In this document: one piece after another, positions 48,293 through 58,289 of the stretch | Layout of the letters: each line of letters opens with the position of its first letter | Position numbering within the stretch: the first letter of the stretch is position 1 | NCBI GenBank assembly: GCA_964600755.1 | Contig: CAZRKQ010000039.1 | Span: 421 to 64,420, forward strand | DNA length: 64,000 bases | Reading direction: 5' to 3' | Origin: an uncultured Thiotrichaceae bacterium | Lineage (GTDB): Bacteria > Pseudomonadota > Gammaproteobacteria > SZUA-229 | The notes under the pieces: generated by a model | Told to the model about the DNA's origin: nothing | The model's input: the letters and a program-made list of their open reading frames with translations, nothing else | The model's database searches: none | Program-made: the position numbers and the translations under genes

Positions 48293-51061
48293 ATGAGCAG
48301 TTCCCGGGTTACGGACAATAAAGACGTTGATCATGGCGCTGCGGCTGGTTTACTTCCTTCGGCACCACACGCGGTTCATGACGATGTCATCGTCAGGCAG
48401 TTGAATACCTCAACTCAGGGTATTACCACAGAAGAAGCAGAATCCAGGCTCGAGCTGTACGGTCCAAACAGCCTGCCTCGGTCAAAACCGCCAGCACTGG
48501 CAATGATATTTCTTTGTCAATTTGTAAGTCCGCTGATTTATGTCCTGGTCGCTGCGGCGATTTTTTCACTGGTAATACAGGAATGGTCGGATGCGGCCTT
48601 TATTACCGGCGTGTTGCTGATTAATGCCATCATCGGAACAATACAGGAATCTTCCGCCCAGCGAGCAGCCACTGCCTTGCAGCAACTCGTTACTACGCAG
48701 AGCCGGGTATTACGTGACGGTGATACATACGAAATCAATTCTGAGGACCTGGTGCCGGGCGACATTTTGTTACTGGAGTCAGGTGAAAAGATACCGGCAG
48801 ATGTACGCCTGCTATCCAGTCATGATCTTGAGGTTGACGAGTCATTGCTGACGGGTGAATCGGCTGCAGTGCTTAAAAAAGCGGGTGATGTGCTGCAGAT
48901 TGATACTTTCGTCGGCGATCGTCGCAATATGGTGTTTGCCGGAACCATGGTCAACCGCGGCAGGGGGAATGGTGTTGTGGTGGCTACTGCACTGTCAACT
49001 GAGCTCGGTAATATTGCTACCGAGGTTATCTCCGGTGAATCAGCGAAACCGCCATTGCTGGTTCGCATGGAAAGATTTACTCACAGAATAGCCATAATCG
49101 TAGGTCTCGCTGCATTATTAATGGCCGCCGTGTCTATTACCCGGGGCATGCCGTTTGCTGAAATATTCATGCTGGCGGTCGCGCTGGCTGTTTCTGTTAT
49201 ACCCGAAGGTTTGCCGGTCGCCCTCACGGTTGCACTTGCCATAGGTATGCGGCGAATGGCAAAACGAAACGTCATTATTCGCCGCCTGATTGCGGTTGAG
49301 TCTCTAGGCTCGTGTACCTACATAGCAACTGACAAGACCGGCACACTGACTGTAAACGAGCTGACAGCCAGGCGCATCCGCTTTCCAAATGGGGATAACT
49401 GGGAGATTACAGGTGAAGGTATGGTGCCAGTTGGAGATATTTTACCGCCGCATGAGTCGCACTCAGATGAAGAGAGGGTGCTACTGGAACGTTTGTGTCT
49501 TACATCAATACTGACTAATGACGGCTTTTTGGGGATGCATGATCATCAATGGAGACATTATGGTGATGCCGTAGATGTGTCCTTGCTGGTGATGGCGCAC
49601 AAGGCCGGTATCGTAAAAGCCAGGACGATCAATGATTTTCCCGAAGTGAGCACGATACCCTTTGAATCAGAGCGTCTGTTTTCAGCCAGTCTTAACCAGG
49701 TTGGAGACAGGCGCCGCATGTTTGTCAAAGGCGCCTTTGAGAAATTACTGCCGATGTGTGACAGCATGGCGCTGCCAGGTGAGGATGTGTCTATTGATAT
49801 CGCCAGTCTTGAACAGCAGGCAACTGAACTTGCCTGCCAGGGCTATCGCGTACTCGCGCTTGCGAGCAGCGATAAGGAGCCGCCAGCTGGCGAGGTGTTC
49901 GGTGAACAGCACTTACATGGCCTGACCTTGCTAGGCCTGGTTGGCATGATTGATCCCTTGCGCCCGGAAGCTAAAGAGGCGGTAGCAACCTGCCGCAATG
50001 CAGGTATCGAGGTGGCAATGGTTACCGGCGATCATCCGGCGACAGCGTTGGCAATTGCACAGGAACTGGGGCTGGCAAAACATGAAGCGCAAATTGTTAC
50101 GGGACCGCAGCTGCATGCCACAAGAACCGATGAAGAAGTTGATGAACTCACCCGGCGCGCACATGTTTTCGCACGCGTGGAACCCTCACAGAAACTCGAT
50201 ATAGTACGTTCGCTTCAGCGTAACGGACATTTCGTCGCGGTCAGCGGTGATGGTGCCAATGATGCGCCGGCATTAAAGGCAGCACAGGTTGGTGTAGCCA
50301 TGGGCAAAAGCGGCACTGATGTGGCACGCGAAACCGCAGAAATCATTATTACTGATGATAACTTCAATTCCATCGTATCCGGTGTAGAAGAGGGACGTAT
50401 ATCCTATTCAAACGTGCGCAAGGTCATATTTTTGCTGATCTCCACAGGTGCTGCTGAACTGGTGCTGTTCACGCTGGCCCTGTTCACAGGGCTTCCTTTA
50501 CCGTTGCTAGCGGTGCAGTTGCTGTGGCTTAACCTGGTCACCAATGGTATCCAGGATGTTGCTCTCGCATTCGAACCGGGTGAGGGCGATGAGTTACGGC
50601 AGCATCCACGTTCGCCCAAAGAATCGATTTTCAACCGTATGATGATCGAGCGTGTCATCAGCTCTGCGCTGGTGATAGGTATCGTCGCATTTTTCCTTTT
50701 CAGGACATTGCTAGATTGGGGCTATACCGTTGAGGAAGCGCGTAACAGTACTTTGCTACTGATGGTGCTGTTTGAGAATGTGCATGTGTTCAATTGTCGT
50801 TCAGAAACTCTGTCCGTATTCCGGCATAATCCGATGCGTAATCGCATACTCCTGTTTGGCACATTGACTGCGCAATTGATACACATCGGTGCAATGTATA
50901 CACCCTGGATCAGTGGTGTGCTCCGGATCCAGCCGGTGTCAATAGAACACTGGCTTGAACTGCTGGGGCTGGCATTGACTGTGACCATAGTAATGGAAAT
51001 TCACAAACTGTATTTATTGTTGTGCGGAAGAACAAATGCAAGGTATATATGTCCTTCATAG
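48293..51061 (+). CDS. P2-type cation-transporting P-type ATPase (Ca2+/Mg2+-type)
   Basis: 922 aa; DKTGTLT phosphorylation motif, TGD, GDGANDAPALK hinge, 10 TM segments. Confidence 0.85.
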   Translation: MSSSRVTDNKDVDHGAAAGLLPSAPHAVHDDVIVRQLNTSTQGITTEEAESRLELYGPNSLPRSKPPALAMIFLCQFVSPLIYVLVAAAIFSLVIQEWSDAAFITGVLLINAIIGTIQESSAQRAATALQQLVTTQSRVLRDGDTYEINSEDLVPGDILLLESGEKIPADVRLLSSHDLEVDESLLTGESAAVLKKAGDVLQIDTFVGDRRNMVFAGTMVNRGRGNGVVVATALSTELGNIATEVISGESAKPPLLVRMERFTHRIAIIVGLAALLMAAVSITRGMPFAEIFMLAVALAVSVIPEGLPVALTVALAIGMRRMAKRNVIIRRLIAVESLGSCTYIATDKTGTLTVNELTARRIRFPNGDNWEITGEGMVPVGDILPPHESHSDEERVLLERLCLTSILTNDGFLGMHDHQWRHYGDAVDVSLLVMAHKAGIVKARTINDFPEVSTIPFESERLFSASLNQVGDRRRMFVKGAFEKLLPMCDSMALPGEDVSIDIASLEQQATELACQGYRVLALASSDKEPPAGEVFGEQHLHGLTLLGLVGMIDPLRPEAKEAVATCRNAGIEVAMVTGDHPATALAIAQELGLAKHEAQIVTGPQLHATRTDEEVDELTRRAHVFARVEPSQKLDIVRSLQRNGHFVAVSGDGANDAPALKAAQVGVAMGKSGTDVARETAEIIITDDNFNSIVSGVEEGRISYSNVRKVIFLLISTGAAELVLFTLALFTGLPLPLLAVQLLWLNLVTNGIQDVALAFEPGEGDELRQHPRSPKESIFNRMMIERVISSALVIGIVAFFLFRTLLDWGYTVEEARNSTLLLMVLFENVHVFNCRSETLSVFRHNPMRNRILLFGTLTAQLIHIGAMYTPWISGVLRIQPVSIEHWLELLGLALTVTIVMEIHKLYLLLCGRTNARYICPS

Positions 51062-51108
51062 GGAAATATCAAATTCCGGCTTATAGATCACCTAACTCGG
51101 AGGATTCA

Positions 51109-51816
51109 ATGAACCACTCGACATCAAGACTGACCAGTAAACTAACTTACTGTATATTGAGCATCCTCATTATTGCCTCTATATCGCATGCGCAGGAGCG
51201 GAGTGTAAGTCCAGGCATCAATAGTTATTACCAGAACCCGGACTGGCAGCAATGGGTCAATACGTTTGAACGACCGGGCAGGGAAGTCTATGACAAACGC
51301 TATAACATTGTAGATGCTGCTGGAGTCAGGCCGGGTATGATAGTTGCTGATATCGGGGCCGGGACAGGTCTATTCACCCGCCTGTTTGCCGAAAGGGTCG
51401 AGCCTGAAGGCAGGGTATATGCAGTTGATATTTCGCGGCCATTTATCGAAAATATCCTGCGATCTACCCGCGAGCAGGGATTCACCAATGTTAAAGGCGT
51501 GGTTAACAGTCAACAAGACCTGATGCTGCCGCCGGCTACGATCGAGCTGGCATTTCTGGTCGATACCTACCATCATTTCGAGTACCCGGGCAGCATGCTG
51601 TCTTCAATCCATCAAGCCCTCCGTGCGGGCGGAACGCTCATTGTGATCGATTTCCGGCGTGATCCGCGGCACAGCTCCAGGTGGGTGATGGGTCACGTGC
51701 GTGCCGGTAAGGATATTGTAATTGATGAAATCACAAAAGCAGGCTTCCGCTTGATCGATGACAAACCCTTGCTGCGCACGAATTACTACCTGGTATTCAG
51801 CAAGCATGATGCATAA
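51109..51816 (+). CDS. Secreted class I SAM-dependent methyltransferase
   Basis: ORF 51022..51816 trimmed to MNHST start (GGAGG SD 7 nt upstream; avoids overlap with ATPase); signal peptide; motif I VADIGAGTGLF. Confidence 0.65.
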   Translation: MNHSTSRLTSKLTYCILSILIIASISHAQERSVSPGINSYYQNPDWQQWVNTFERPGREVYDKRYNIVDAAGVRPGMIVADIGAGTGLFTRLFAERVEPEGRVYAVDISRPFIENILRSTREQGFTNVKGVVNSQQDLMLPPATIELAFLVDTYHHFEYPGSMLSSIHQALRAGGTLIVIDFRRDPRHSSRWVMGHVRAGKDIVIDEITKAGFRLIDDKPLLRTNYYLVFSKHDA

Positions 51817-51990
51817 TCGTTTAATGTGAATGCCAATTTCAGTCTTGTGCAAGAACTTGTGGAATCGGTTGCAGGGGCCAGGTAGCCAATAATTTATCAA
51901 ATTTATGCTGTAGATCATGGCTGACCCAATAGCATTGATTTATGATGATCAGTTAAGAAATATCACTGTTACACCATGGGAGTGAAATGA

Positions 51991-52338
51991 ATGGCACCTA
52001 TTACTATCGAATTCAGCCTGAATACAGGCGACAGGGACTTCAAAGAAGATACTGTGGCCTTGCGTACTCCGGAAGAGCTTCTTGAATACGTTGCACCTGG
52101 CGGCGGTTGTGAGTCCATGCCGGATGATGTTGATGAAATACAGCTGGTGTTTCTTCCGCCTGAACATCCGAACAAGCAAAATCCGGTTGCAGATATTCGC
52201 GGAACGCTTCAGCTTGGCATAGTGTTTCTAACCGGCCCGCTTGCTGAAATCCTGCAAGCCTCAGAAGAAATCATCGATAAAGCCGGCCGCGGAGAACTTT
52301 CTGAATCGTTTCTAACGGTAATTGGCGCTAACGGATAG
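51991..52338 (+). CDS. Hypothetical protein
   Basis: 115 aa; no motif recognised. Confidence 0.35.
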   Translation: MAPITIEFSLNTGDRDFKEDTVALRTPEELLEYVAPGGGCESMPDDVDEIQLVFLPPEHPNKQNPVADIRGTLQLGIVFLTGPLAEILQASEEIIDKAGRGELSESFLTVIGANG

Positions 52339-52416
52339 TGGTTCAGACCTGACAGTTCTGTAGCCTGGATGAAGCGAAGCATATTCCAAGTATGATTCCG
52401 CTACTTAAGAATATTA

Positions 52417-52555
52417 TTCAACCGCAGAGGCGCGGAGACGCAGAAGCTATGGCAGGTATTCGTAGGAACGACTTTAGTCGCGAACATTAATAATTCGCGG
52501 TTAAAATCGCTCCTACAACAATTAACAACTCTGCGTCTCCGCGCCTCTGCGGTAA
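52417..52555. repeat. MITE-like repeat, copy 4
   Basis: ttcAACCGCAGAGGCGCGGAGACGCAG ... CTCTGCGTCTCCGCGCCTCTGCGGTaa. Confidence 0.6.
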
Positions 52556-52563
52556 ATCACATG

Positions 52564-53295
52564 TCAAGCTAATTTCCTTAACGAATCAAAAACGTCAGTT
52601 TGCAGCTCGTAGCCGGATTTTTGCATGGCTTCAAGGATCAGTTCCACCAGTTGAACACGATCATAACGGTCGGAGTTCAAAACAAGATCATAGGATAGTG
52701 GATCGTCTATATCGGTGTCATACAATTTCTTGATATATTCAGCGCGTTCCTGGTCAACGTCGTGTGCTTTCTGTTTTGCTTCTTCAAAGCTGATATTCTC
52801 TTCTTCGGCAACACGCTCGGCGCATTTAACGGGGCTGCCTACAATTCGAACACGGAAAGCCCTGTCCGGACCAAGAATCAAATTTGCACCGCGACCAATA
52901 ATGACACCACCTCTGAGGGAGATAGAGAACACCGTTTTAACCAGGTATTTGTAATAGTCTTCATAATTGAAGGTGTCTTTATGAATTAGCGCTTCCCACC
53001 AGTGCTTGTCGATATGGCTGATATGTTCATCGAGAACCCGCACAAGCTCCTCGTCAATATCCGCACGTCGAGCCACTTCCTGAAGGATATAACGGTCACA
53101 ACAGCGCACTTCCAGGGTGTCTGCCAGCAGCTGAGCAACTTCCTTACCCAGTGCGCCATAATTTCGTGAAACTGTTACCACATGGGTTTTTGACTTGTCC
53201 CATGTCCGCCGCGCTTTAATGGCTGCAATAGCATGTTCTTCCTGTAATTGTGCAGTAACCAGGGCCTCTATCAGGCGGTCCGCATTACATCTCAT
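52564..53295 (-). CDS. Cytidylate kinase-like family protein
   Basis: 243 aa; VVTVSRNYGALGKEVAQLLA resembles the ITISRQYGSGG N-terminal motif of the cytidylate_kin2 family. Confidence 0.55.
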   Translation of the reverse strand: MRCNADRLIEALVTAQLQEEHAIAAIKARRTWDKSKTHVVTVSRNYGALGKEVAQLLADTLEVRCCDRYILQEVARRADIDEELVRVLDEHISHIDKHWWEALIHKDTFNYEDYYKYLVKTVFSISLRGGVIIGRGANLILGPDRAFRVRIVGSPVKCAERVAEEENISFEEAKQKAHDVDQERAEYIKKLYDTDIDDPLSYDLVLNSDRYDRVQLVELILEAMQKSGYELQTDVFDSLRKLA

Positions 53296-53517
53296 GTTCA
53301 GATTCCTTGGTAGATATAGCTATTAATTTTAGCATCAATGGCTGCGGCCTTTATTGCTGTATGCACTACGATTGAGCAGCAGTCCATGGCTGTGATCTAT
53401 ATAGGTGCGATTTAAATAAGTATGTGTCTGTAACTAATTGATTTCCTGTTGTATCAAGTTGGCATCAATCCTGCTTTCACTAATAGCAATACATACATAT
53501 TTATTCGAGGTAGTGCT

Positions 53518-54633
53518 ATGTCAACCGGTAGCAGTCACGGTTACCTGCCTTCAGGTCGATACATTGTCAATCACGACATCATGCGTTGTACAGCTGATGG
53601 TGTAGTTGGTAACCATCTTTACTCAGGCCGAGCCCTGGGTCTTACCGAGCCGGATGATTTCATTCAGTTGAATCCTCAACTCAAACCCCTGTGGAGAGAT
53701 ATTACCAGGCACTATCGCCGTGTTGGCCTGAGCCATAGCGAGAACGTTATCTGGGATGTTGATATTTGCGAATTGTCTCTGCATAAGGGTTTTACGCCAT
53801 CTGTTTTTTACTTTGGTCCGGAAGAGGCGAGCGTGTGGGAAGATCCTGCCTGGGTCGATGCGGTTGAATATATCAACTCGAAGAATAATTTTATGGCATT
53901 GGCCGAAGAGCTTGGAATTGAAGTACCTCAGACGCATTGCTACAACAGTGTAGATGAAATCTCCGAGTATGAAATTGTGTCACTGAATATGCCCTGTTAT
54001 CTAAAAGCTGCCATTTCAGTATCGGGGGTTGGTATCTATCGATGTGCAAACCGTGAAGAACTGCGTGATGCTATCGACAAGTTTGATGCTGATGTGCCAG
54101 TACAGGTGCAGGAAGAAATTAAAACCGGTCTTTTTCTCAATCTTCAGTATCGTGTCATAGATGACAGGCTGGTACGACTCGCGGTCAGTGAACAGATACT
54201 TGAGGGTTGTGCCCATCAAGGCAATCGTTTTCCGTCAGGCTATGAGCCCTGGGACGCCATCGAACCGATGGCCCGGTGGCTCAAGGATAATGGGATTAAA
54301 GGTATCTTCGCTTTTGATGTGGCCGTAGTAGACACGCCGAGTGGCCTGCGATTTCCCGCAATTGAATGTAACCCCAGATTTAATGGCGCATCCTACCCAA
54401 CAGTCATTGCACAGAAACTGGATATTCCTGAATGGACGGCGCGCACATTCAAAACCAGGCACCGGAAGCTGTCCGATATTGACCTGAATGATATTGAATA
54501 TGATATGAAAACCGGTGAAGGCCTGGTGATCGTGAACTGGGGCACCTTGCTGGAAGGTAAACTGGTTCTGTTGCTTGCAGGCTCGCCTGAGTACCAGCAG
54601 GCTCTGCTGGACGAACTGGAGCACCGCCTTTAA
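53518..54633 (+). CDS. ATP-grasp fold protein
   Basis: ORF 53449..54633 trimmed to MSTGSS start (GAGG SD); KAAISVSGVGIYRC Gly-rich loop and AIECNPRFNG metal/ATP motif typical of ATP-grasp ligases. Confidence 0.5.
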   Translation: MSTGSSHGYLPSGRYIVNHDIMRCTADGVVGNHLYSGRALGLTEPDDFIQLNPQLKPLWRDITRHYRRVGLSHSENVIWDVDICELSLHKGFTPSVFYFGPEEASVWEDPAWVDAVEYINSKNNFMALAEELGIEVPQTHCYNSVDEISEYEIVSLNMPCYLKAAISVSGVGIYRCANREELRDAIDKFDADVPVQVQEEIKTGLFLNLQYRVIDDRLVRLAVSEQILEGCAHQGNRFPSGYEPWDAIEPMARWLKDNGIKGIFAFDVAVVDTPSGLRFPAIECNPRFNGASYPTVIAQKLDIPEWTARTFKTRHRKLSDIDLNDIEYDMKTGEGLVIVNWGTLLEGKLVLLLAGSPEYQQALLDELEHRL

Positions 54634-54731
54634 CCCGCATTTCACACCAGCGGGCGAGATGCGGGTTAACAGGCAATTATGCTGCGGATATGTGAAAATA
54701 CTCGCGTTAAAGAATTCTACAAGCATAACAA

Positions 54732-55673
54732 ATGAGCAAGAAAGGAACCTATTCACTGATGGTGCACGGTGGGGCCGGCGCACTCGATAACGTCAAAGAC
54801 AATAAAACCGCACTTCGATATCTCGAGAGTATTCGCAGAATCCTCGAACACGGCCGCGAGGTTATGGTTCTGGGTGGTTCAGCTCTGCAGGCCGTTGAAG
54901 CCTGTGCCAGCCTGCTCGAAGACGACCCGGTATTTAATGCTGGCTGTGGCTCGGTGCTGAATGAATACGGCAAGGTTGAAATGGATGCCGCCATCATGGA
55001 CGGCCGCGACCTTGCTGCCGGTGCTGTTGCTGCCGTAGATAATATAGCCAACCCTGTCCAGCTGGCTCGCCTGGTAATGACCGAAAGCGAACACGTCATG
55101 CTGATTTCTGAAGGCGCCATGCGATTTGCCGATCACTGTGGCATGGAACGCGTACCGGAAGATTATTTTTATACGCCTGAGCGTATTGAACAGCTTCACC
55201 AGGCCCGTCTGCAGCACAAGATCATGCTTGATCATGACGATACCGAAGAGGACAGTGAAGACCAGAAATACGGCACTATAGGCGCAATAGCTCGCGACCC
55301 TGATGGCAACCTGGCTGCTGCTACATCGACGGGCGGCATAGTCAACAAGCGCATGGGCAGGGTGGGTGATTCGCCTATTGTCGGTGCAGGTGTGTATGCA
55401 GACAATGAAACCTGCGCAGTCTCAGCCACGGGATTTGGTGAAGATTTCATGCGTTCAGTTATTTCAAAAACTATTTCGGATTTCATCTACATGAAAGGCA
55501 TGGATGCAGAGCGGGCAACAGCAGCCGGCATCGAATACCTGGTGCGTAAAGTACAGGGTCGCGGTGGCGTGATTGTGATCGATAATGCTGGCAATTGCGC
55601 CAGCCGATTCACCACGAAAAAAATGATCCATGGCTGGATAGAGAAGGGCGGAGAAGCCAGCTGTAGTTTTTAA
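54732..55673 (+). CDS. Isoaspartyl peptidase / L-asparaginase (Ntn-hydrolase, plant-type asparaginase family)
   Basis: 313 aa; MVHGGAGAL N-terminus; autoproteolytic nucleophile region GTIGAIARD; GDSPIVGAG. Confidence 0.8.
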   Translation: MSKKGTYSLMVHGGAGALDNVKDNKTALRYLESIRRILEHGREVMVLGGSALQAVEACASLLEDDPVFNAGCGSVLNEYGKVEMDAAIMDGRDLAAGAVAAVDNIANPVQLARLVMTESEHVMLISEGAMRFADHCGMERVPEDYFYTPERIEQLHQARLQHKIMLDHDDTEEDSEDQKYGTIGAIARDPDGNLAAATSTGGIVNKRMGRVGDSPIVGAGVYADNETCAVSATGFGEDFMRSVISKTISDFIYMKGMDAERATAAGIEYLVRKVQGRGGVIVIDNAGNCASRFTTKKMIHGWIEKGGEASCSF

Positions 55674-55732
55674 GTGCAGCCGTTCCTGCGCCTCGTTTAT
55701 AATGGGCCGTATTCATTTGTTTCGATTATTCC

Positions 55733-57316
55733 ATGAATGCGAACGACAAAGATCAGCCAGTGCTAATCAGGTCTTTACTGAAGCCTGATGTCTATGACCA
55801 TCTGGTAGCAAATATTCAGCTTATCGAAACCCATATCTCCTGGATCATCCTGACCGGCGAATATGCTTACAAAATAAAAAAACCGATTGATCTTGGCTTT
55901 CTGGATTTTTCCACACTCGAAAAACGCCTGTTTTGTTGTAATGAGGAATTGCGGCTAAATAGCCGATTGGCAGCAGAAATCTACCTGGATGTAGTTTCCA
56001 TCTCAGGCACCCGGGAACTGCCGGTGCTGCACGGTACTGATGACGTGATTGAATACGCCATCAAGATGGTGCAGTTTCCCCAGCAGGCACAACTGGATAA
56101 CATGCTTGAGAATGGCGAACTCGGAAAACCACATATGGATGCCATTGCAAGGCTGGTGGCAGAATTTCATCAAACGACAGACATTGCTGCTGAAGACAGC
56201 AACTTTGGTGATCCCGATCACGTATACCAGCCTGTTGCAGAAAACTTCATCCAGATAAGACAGCATCTGCATACAAATAAATACAATGATCAGCTTGCCC
56301 AACTGGAAGGCTGGAGCAAGGCAGCATTTAATTTATTAAGGCCGATATTTGAACAACGCAAACGTGACGGTTTTATTCGCGAATGTCATGGTGACATGCA
56401 TTTGCGCAACCTGGTCTGGTTCAATGGCAGGCCGCTTGCGTTTGATTGCCTTGAATTCAATCCGGCATTGCGCTGGATCGATACACTGTCTGAAGTTGCA
56501 TTCCTGGTTATGGATTTGCAGGATAGAGAGCAGCCGCAACTTGCACATAGATTTCTGAATACTTATCTTGAACAATGCGGTGACTATCAGGGCATGCGGG
56601 TATTTAACTTTTACCTGGCATACCGTGCCCTTGTTCGAGCCAAGGTCGATGCCATCAGGGCGGGACAGCAGGGCATAACAGATGCAGAGAGGCGCGAGGC
56701 TGAGAATGAATGTTTTGCCTACCTTGATCTGGCCCGATCTTACACTGAGCCTGTAAAGCCGAAGCTGATTATCACTCGCGGTTTGTCCGCATCAGGCAAG
56801 AGCACAATGACCCAGCCTTTAGTTGAATTAGCTGGTGCGATTCGTATCCGCTCTGATGTCGAACGCAAAAGACTGTTTGGAATTCACCCTGACACTGACA
56901 GCAAGGAAGAGATTGGCGAAGGTATCTATTCAGTTAAGGCAGGGAAAAAAACCTATGCAAAACTCAGGCTTGTGGCAGAGAAGGTACTTGAAGCTGGTTT
57001 TACAGTCATAATAGATGCTGCATTTCTCAAGTATGAACAGCGGCAGCCATTCCGGGAACTGGCATATCAACAACAGGTACCGTTTATTATTCTGGAATTT
57101 ACCGCTTCTGCCGAAACGCTGCGCCAGCGCATTAAGGCCAGAACACAAGATGTATCCGATGCGGATCTGTCAATACTCGAACACCAGCTTGCCACTGCAA
57201 CACCATTGCATGATACAGAAATATCCAGTTTGATTAAAATTGATACTGAGGCAGATTTTGATGCAGCCAACTTGCTTGAACAAATAAAGACATTCTCAGG
57301 TAATGATGGTGCATAG
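55733..57316 (+). CDS. Bifunctional aminoglycoside-phosphotransferase-like kinase domain + P-loop (AAA_33-like) ATP-binding domain protein
   Basis: 527 aa; APH-like N-terminal region with HGDMHLRN catalytic loop; C-terminal Walker A LSASGKST. Confidence 0.6.
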   Translation: MNANDKDQPVLIRSLLKPDVYDHLVANIQLIETHISWIILTGEYAYKIKKPIDLGFLDFSTLEKRLFCCNEELRLNSRLAAEIYLDVVSISGTRELPVLHGTDDVIEYAIKMVQFPQQAQLDNMLENGELGKPHMDAIARLVAEFHQTTDIAAEDSNFGDPDHVYQPVAENFIQIRQHLHTNKYNDQLAQLEGWSKAAFNLLRPIFEQRKRDGFIRECHGDMHLRNLVWFNGRPLAFDCLEFNPALRWIDTLSEVAFLVMDLQDREQPQLAHRFLNTYLEQCGDYQGMRVFNFYLAYRALVRAKVDAIRAGQQGITDAERREAENECFAYLDLARSYTEPVKPKLIITRGLSASGKSTMTQPLVELAGAIRIRSDVERKRLFGIHPDTDSKEEIGEGIYSVKAGKKTYAKLRLVAEKVLEAGFTVIIDAAFLKYEQRQPFRELAYQQQVPFIILEFTASAETLRQRIKARTQDVSDADLSILEHQLATATPLHDTEISSLIKIDTEADFDAANLLEQIKTFSGNDGA

Positions 57317-57373
57317 ATATTTCTGTGCAGCTTTATTTTAATTGATTATTATTGCCAGTTATTTATAGGGGAT

Positions 57374-57558
57374 TTTACCGCAGAGGCGCAGAGGCGCAGA
57401 GAAAATACATGATGTGTTTATAGCCGCTGAAGTTAATTTTCTTATTAAGATAGGAAACACTAATAAACGTCTGTTATGTACTATTTATCTGCTGCTGTAC
57501 GAGTAAAGTCATAATAGTTGGCGCAACAATTTTAATATCTCAGCGCCTCTGCGGTTAA
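57374..57558. repeat. MITE-like repeat, copy 5
   Basis: tttACCGCAGAGGCGCAGAGGCGCAGAG ... CAGCGCCTCTGCGGTtaa (right arm shortened). Confidence 0.55.
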
Positions 57559-57592
57559 TATATTTGCTGAATATTACGAAAAATAGCTTAGT

Positions 57593-58258
57593 ATGAATCC
57601 GCAAAAACAAAATGCACGCCTGCTAGTATTTATCCTGGCTCTTGTACTGCTGCTGGTGGTGGTGCATGTCGGTATTATCAGTATAACTTTCAGTAAACTG
57701 GGGCTTACCCGGGAGTCTGCATTTGTATTACTGTTCTGCTCATTGTTCGGTAGCCTTATAAATATTCCGCTGTTTACCATTAAATCGAAGACGACGATTA
57801 AGGTGCGAGATACTTACATACCTGGATATTTGCGTCCGTACCTGCAGCATCTGAGCGGGAGAACGTTAATAGCAGTTAATGTTGGCGGCTGTCTGATCCC
57901 GTTGCTGTTCTCTATTTACCTGTTTTCAACCCAGCCTCTTATGCTGTATGAAATTCTGCCTGGTATATTGCTGGTGACGCTGATCAGCTATGTTTACAGT
58001 TTTCCAGTCAAGGGCACAGGAATTGGTATGCCGATGCTGATCGCGCCATTGTTTGCTGCAATCATTGCAATAATTATCAACGATGAGTTGAGCGCTCCGC
58101 TTGCCTACATTAGTGGTACGATGGGTGTGCTGGTCGGTGCCGATTTGTTAAATTTCAGGCACGTTTCAAATATGGGAGCGATGGTTGCGTCAATTGGCGG
58201 TGCGGGTACATTCGACGGTATATTCATGACCGGAATACTTGCGGTATTGCTTGCTTGA
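57593..58258 (+). CDS. DUF1614-like polytopic membrane protein
   Basis: 221 aa; 5-6 TM; C-terminal SIGGAGTFDGIFMTG motif. Confidence 0.4.
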   Translation: MNPQKQNARLLVFILALVLLLVVVHVGIISITFSKLGLTRESAFVLLFCSLFGSLINIPLFTIKSKTTIKVRDTYIPGYLRPYLQHLSGRTLIAVNVGGCLIPLLFSIYLFSTQPLMLYEILPGILLVTLISYVYSFPVKGTGIGMPMLIAPLFAAIIAIIINDELSAPLAYISGTMGVLVGADLLNFRHVSNMGAMVASIGGAGTFDGIFMTGILAVLLA

Positions 58259-58289
58259 TGCACGGCATCAATAAACAAAGGAGGAAAAA

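Noticed and set aside
51022-51108. Upstream start (51022) for the methyltransferase, and 53449 for the ATP-grasp gene
   Set aside because: The 51022 start would overlap the P-type ATPase 3' end. Downstream Mets at 51109 and 53518 have better Shine-Dalgarno sequences (GGAGG/GAGG) and give sensible N-termini.
54235-55486. Minus-strand ORFs 54235..54783, 54749..55120, 54879..55235
   Set aside because: They overlap the well-supported ATP-grasp 3' end and the isoaspartyl peptidase gene on the + strand, and they have no motifs.
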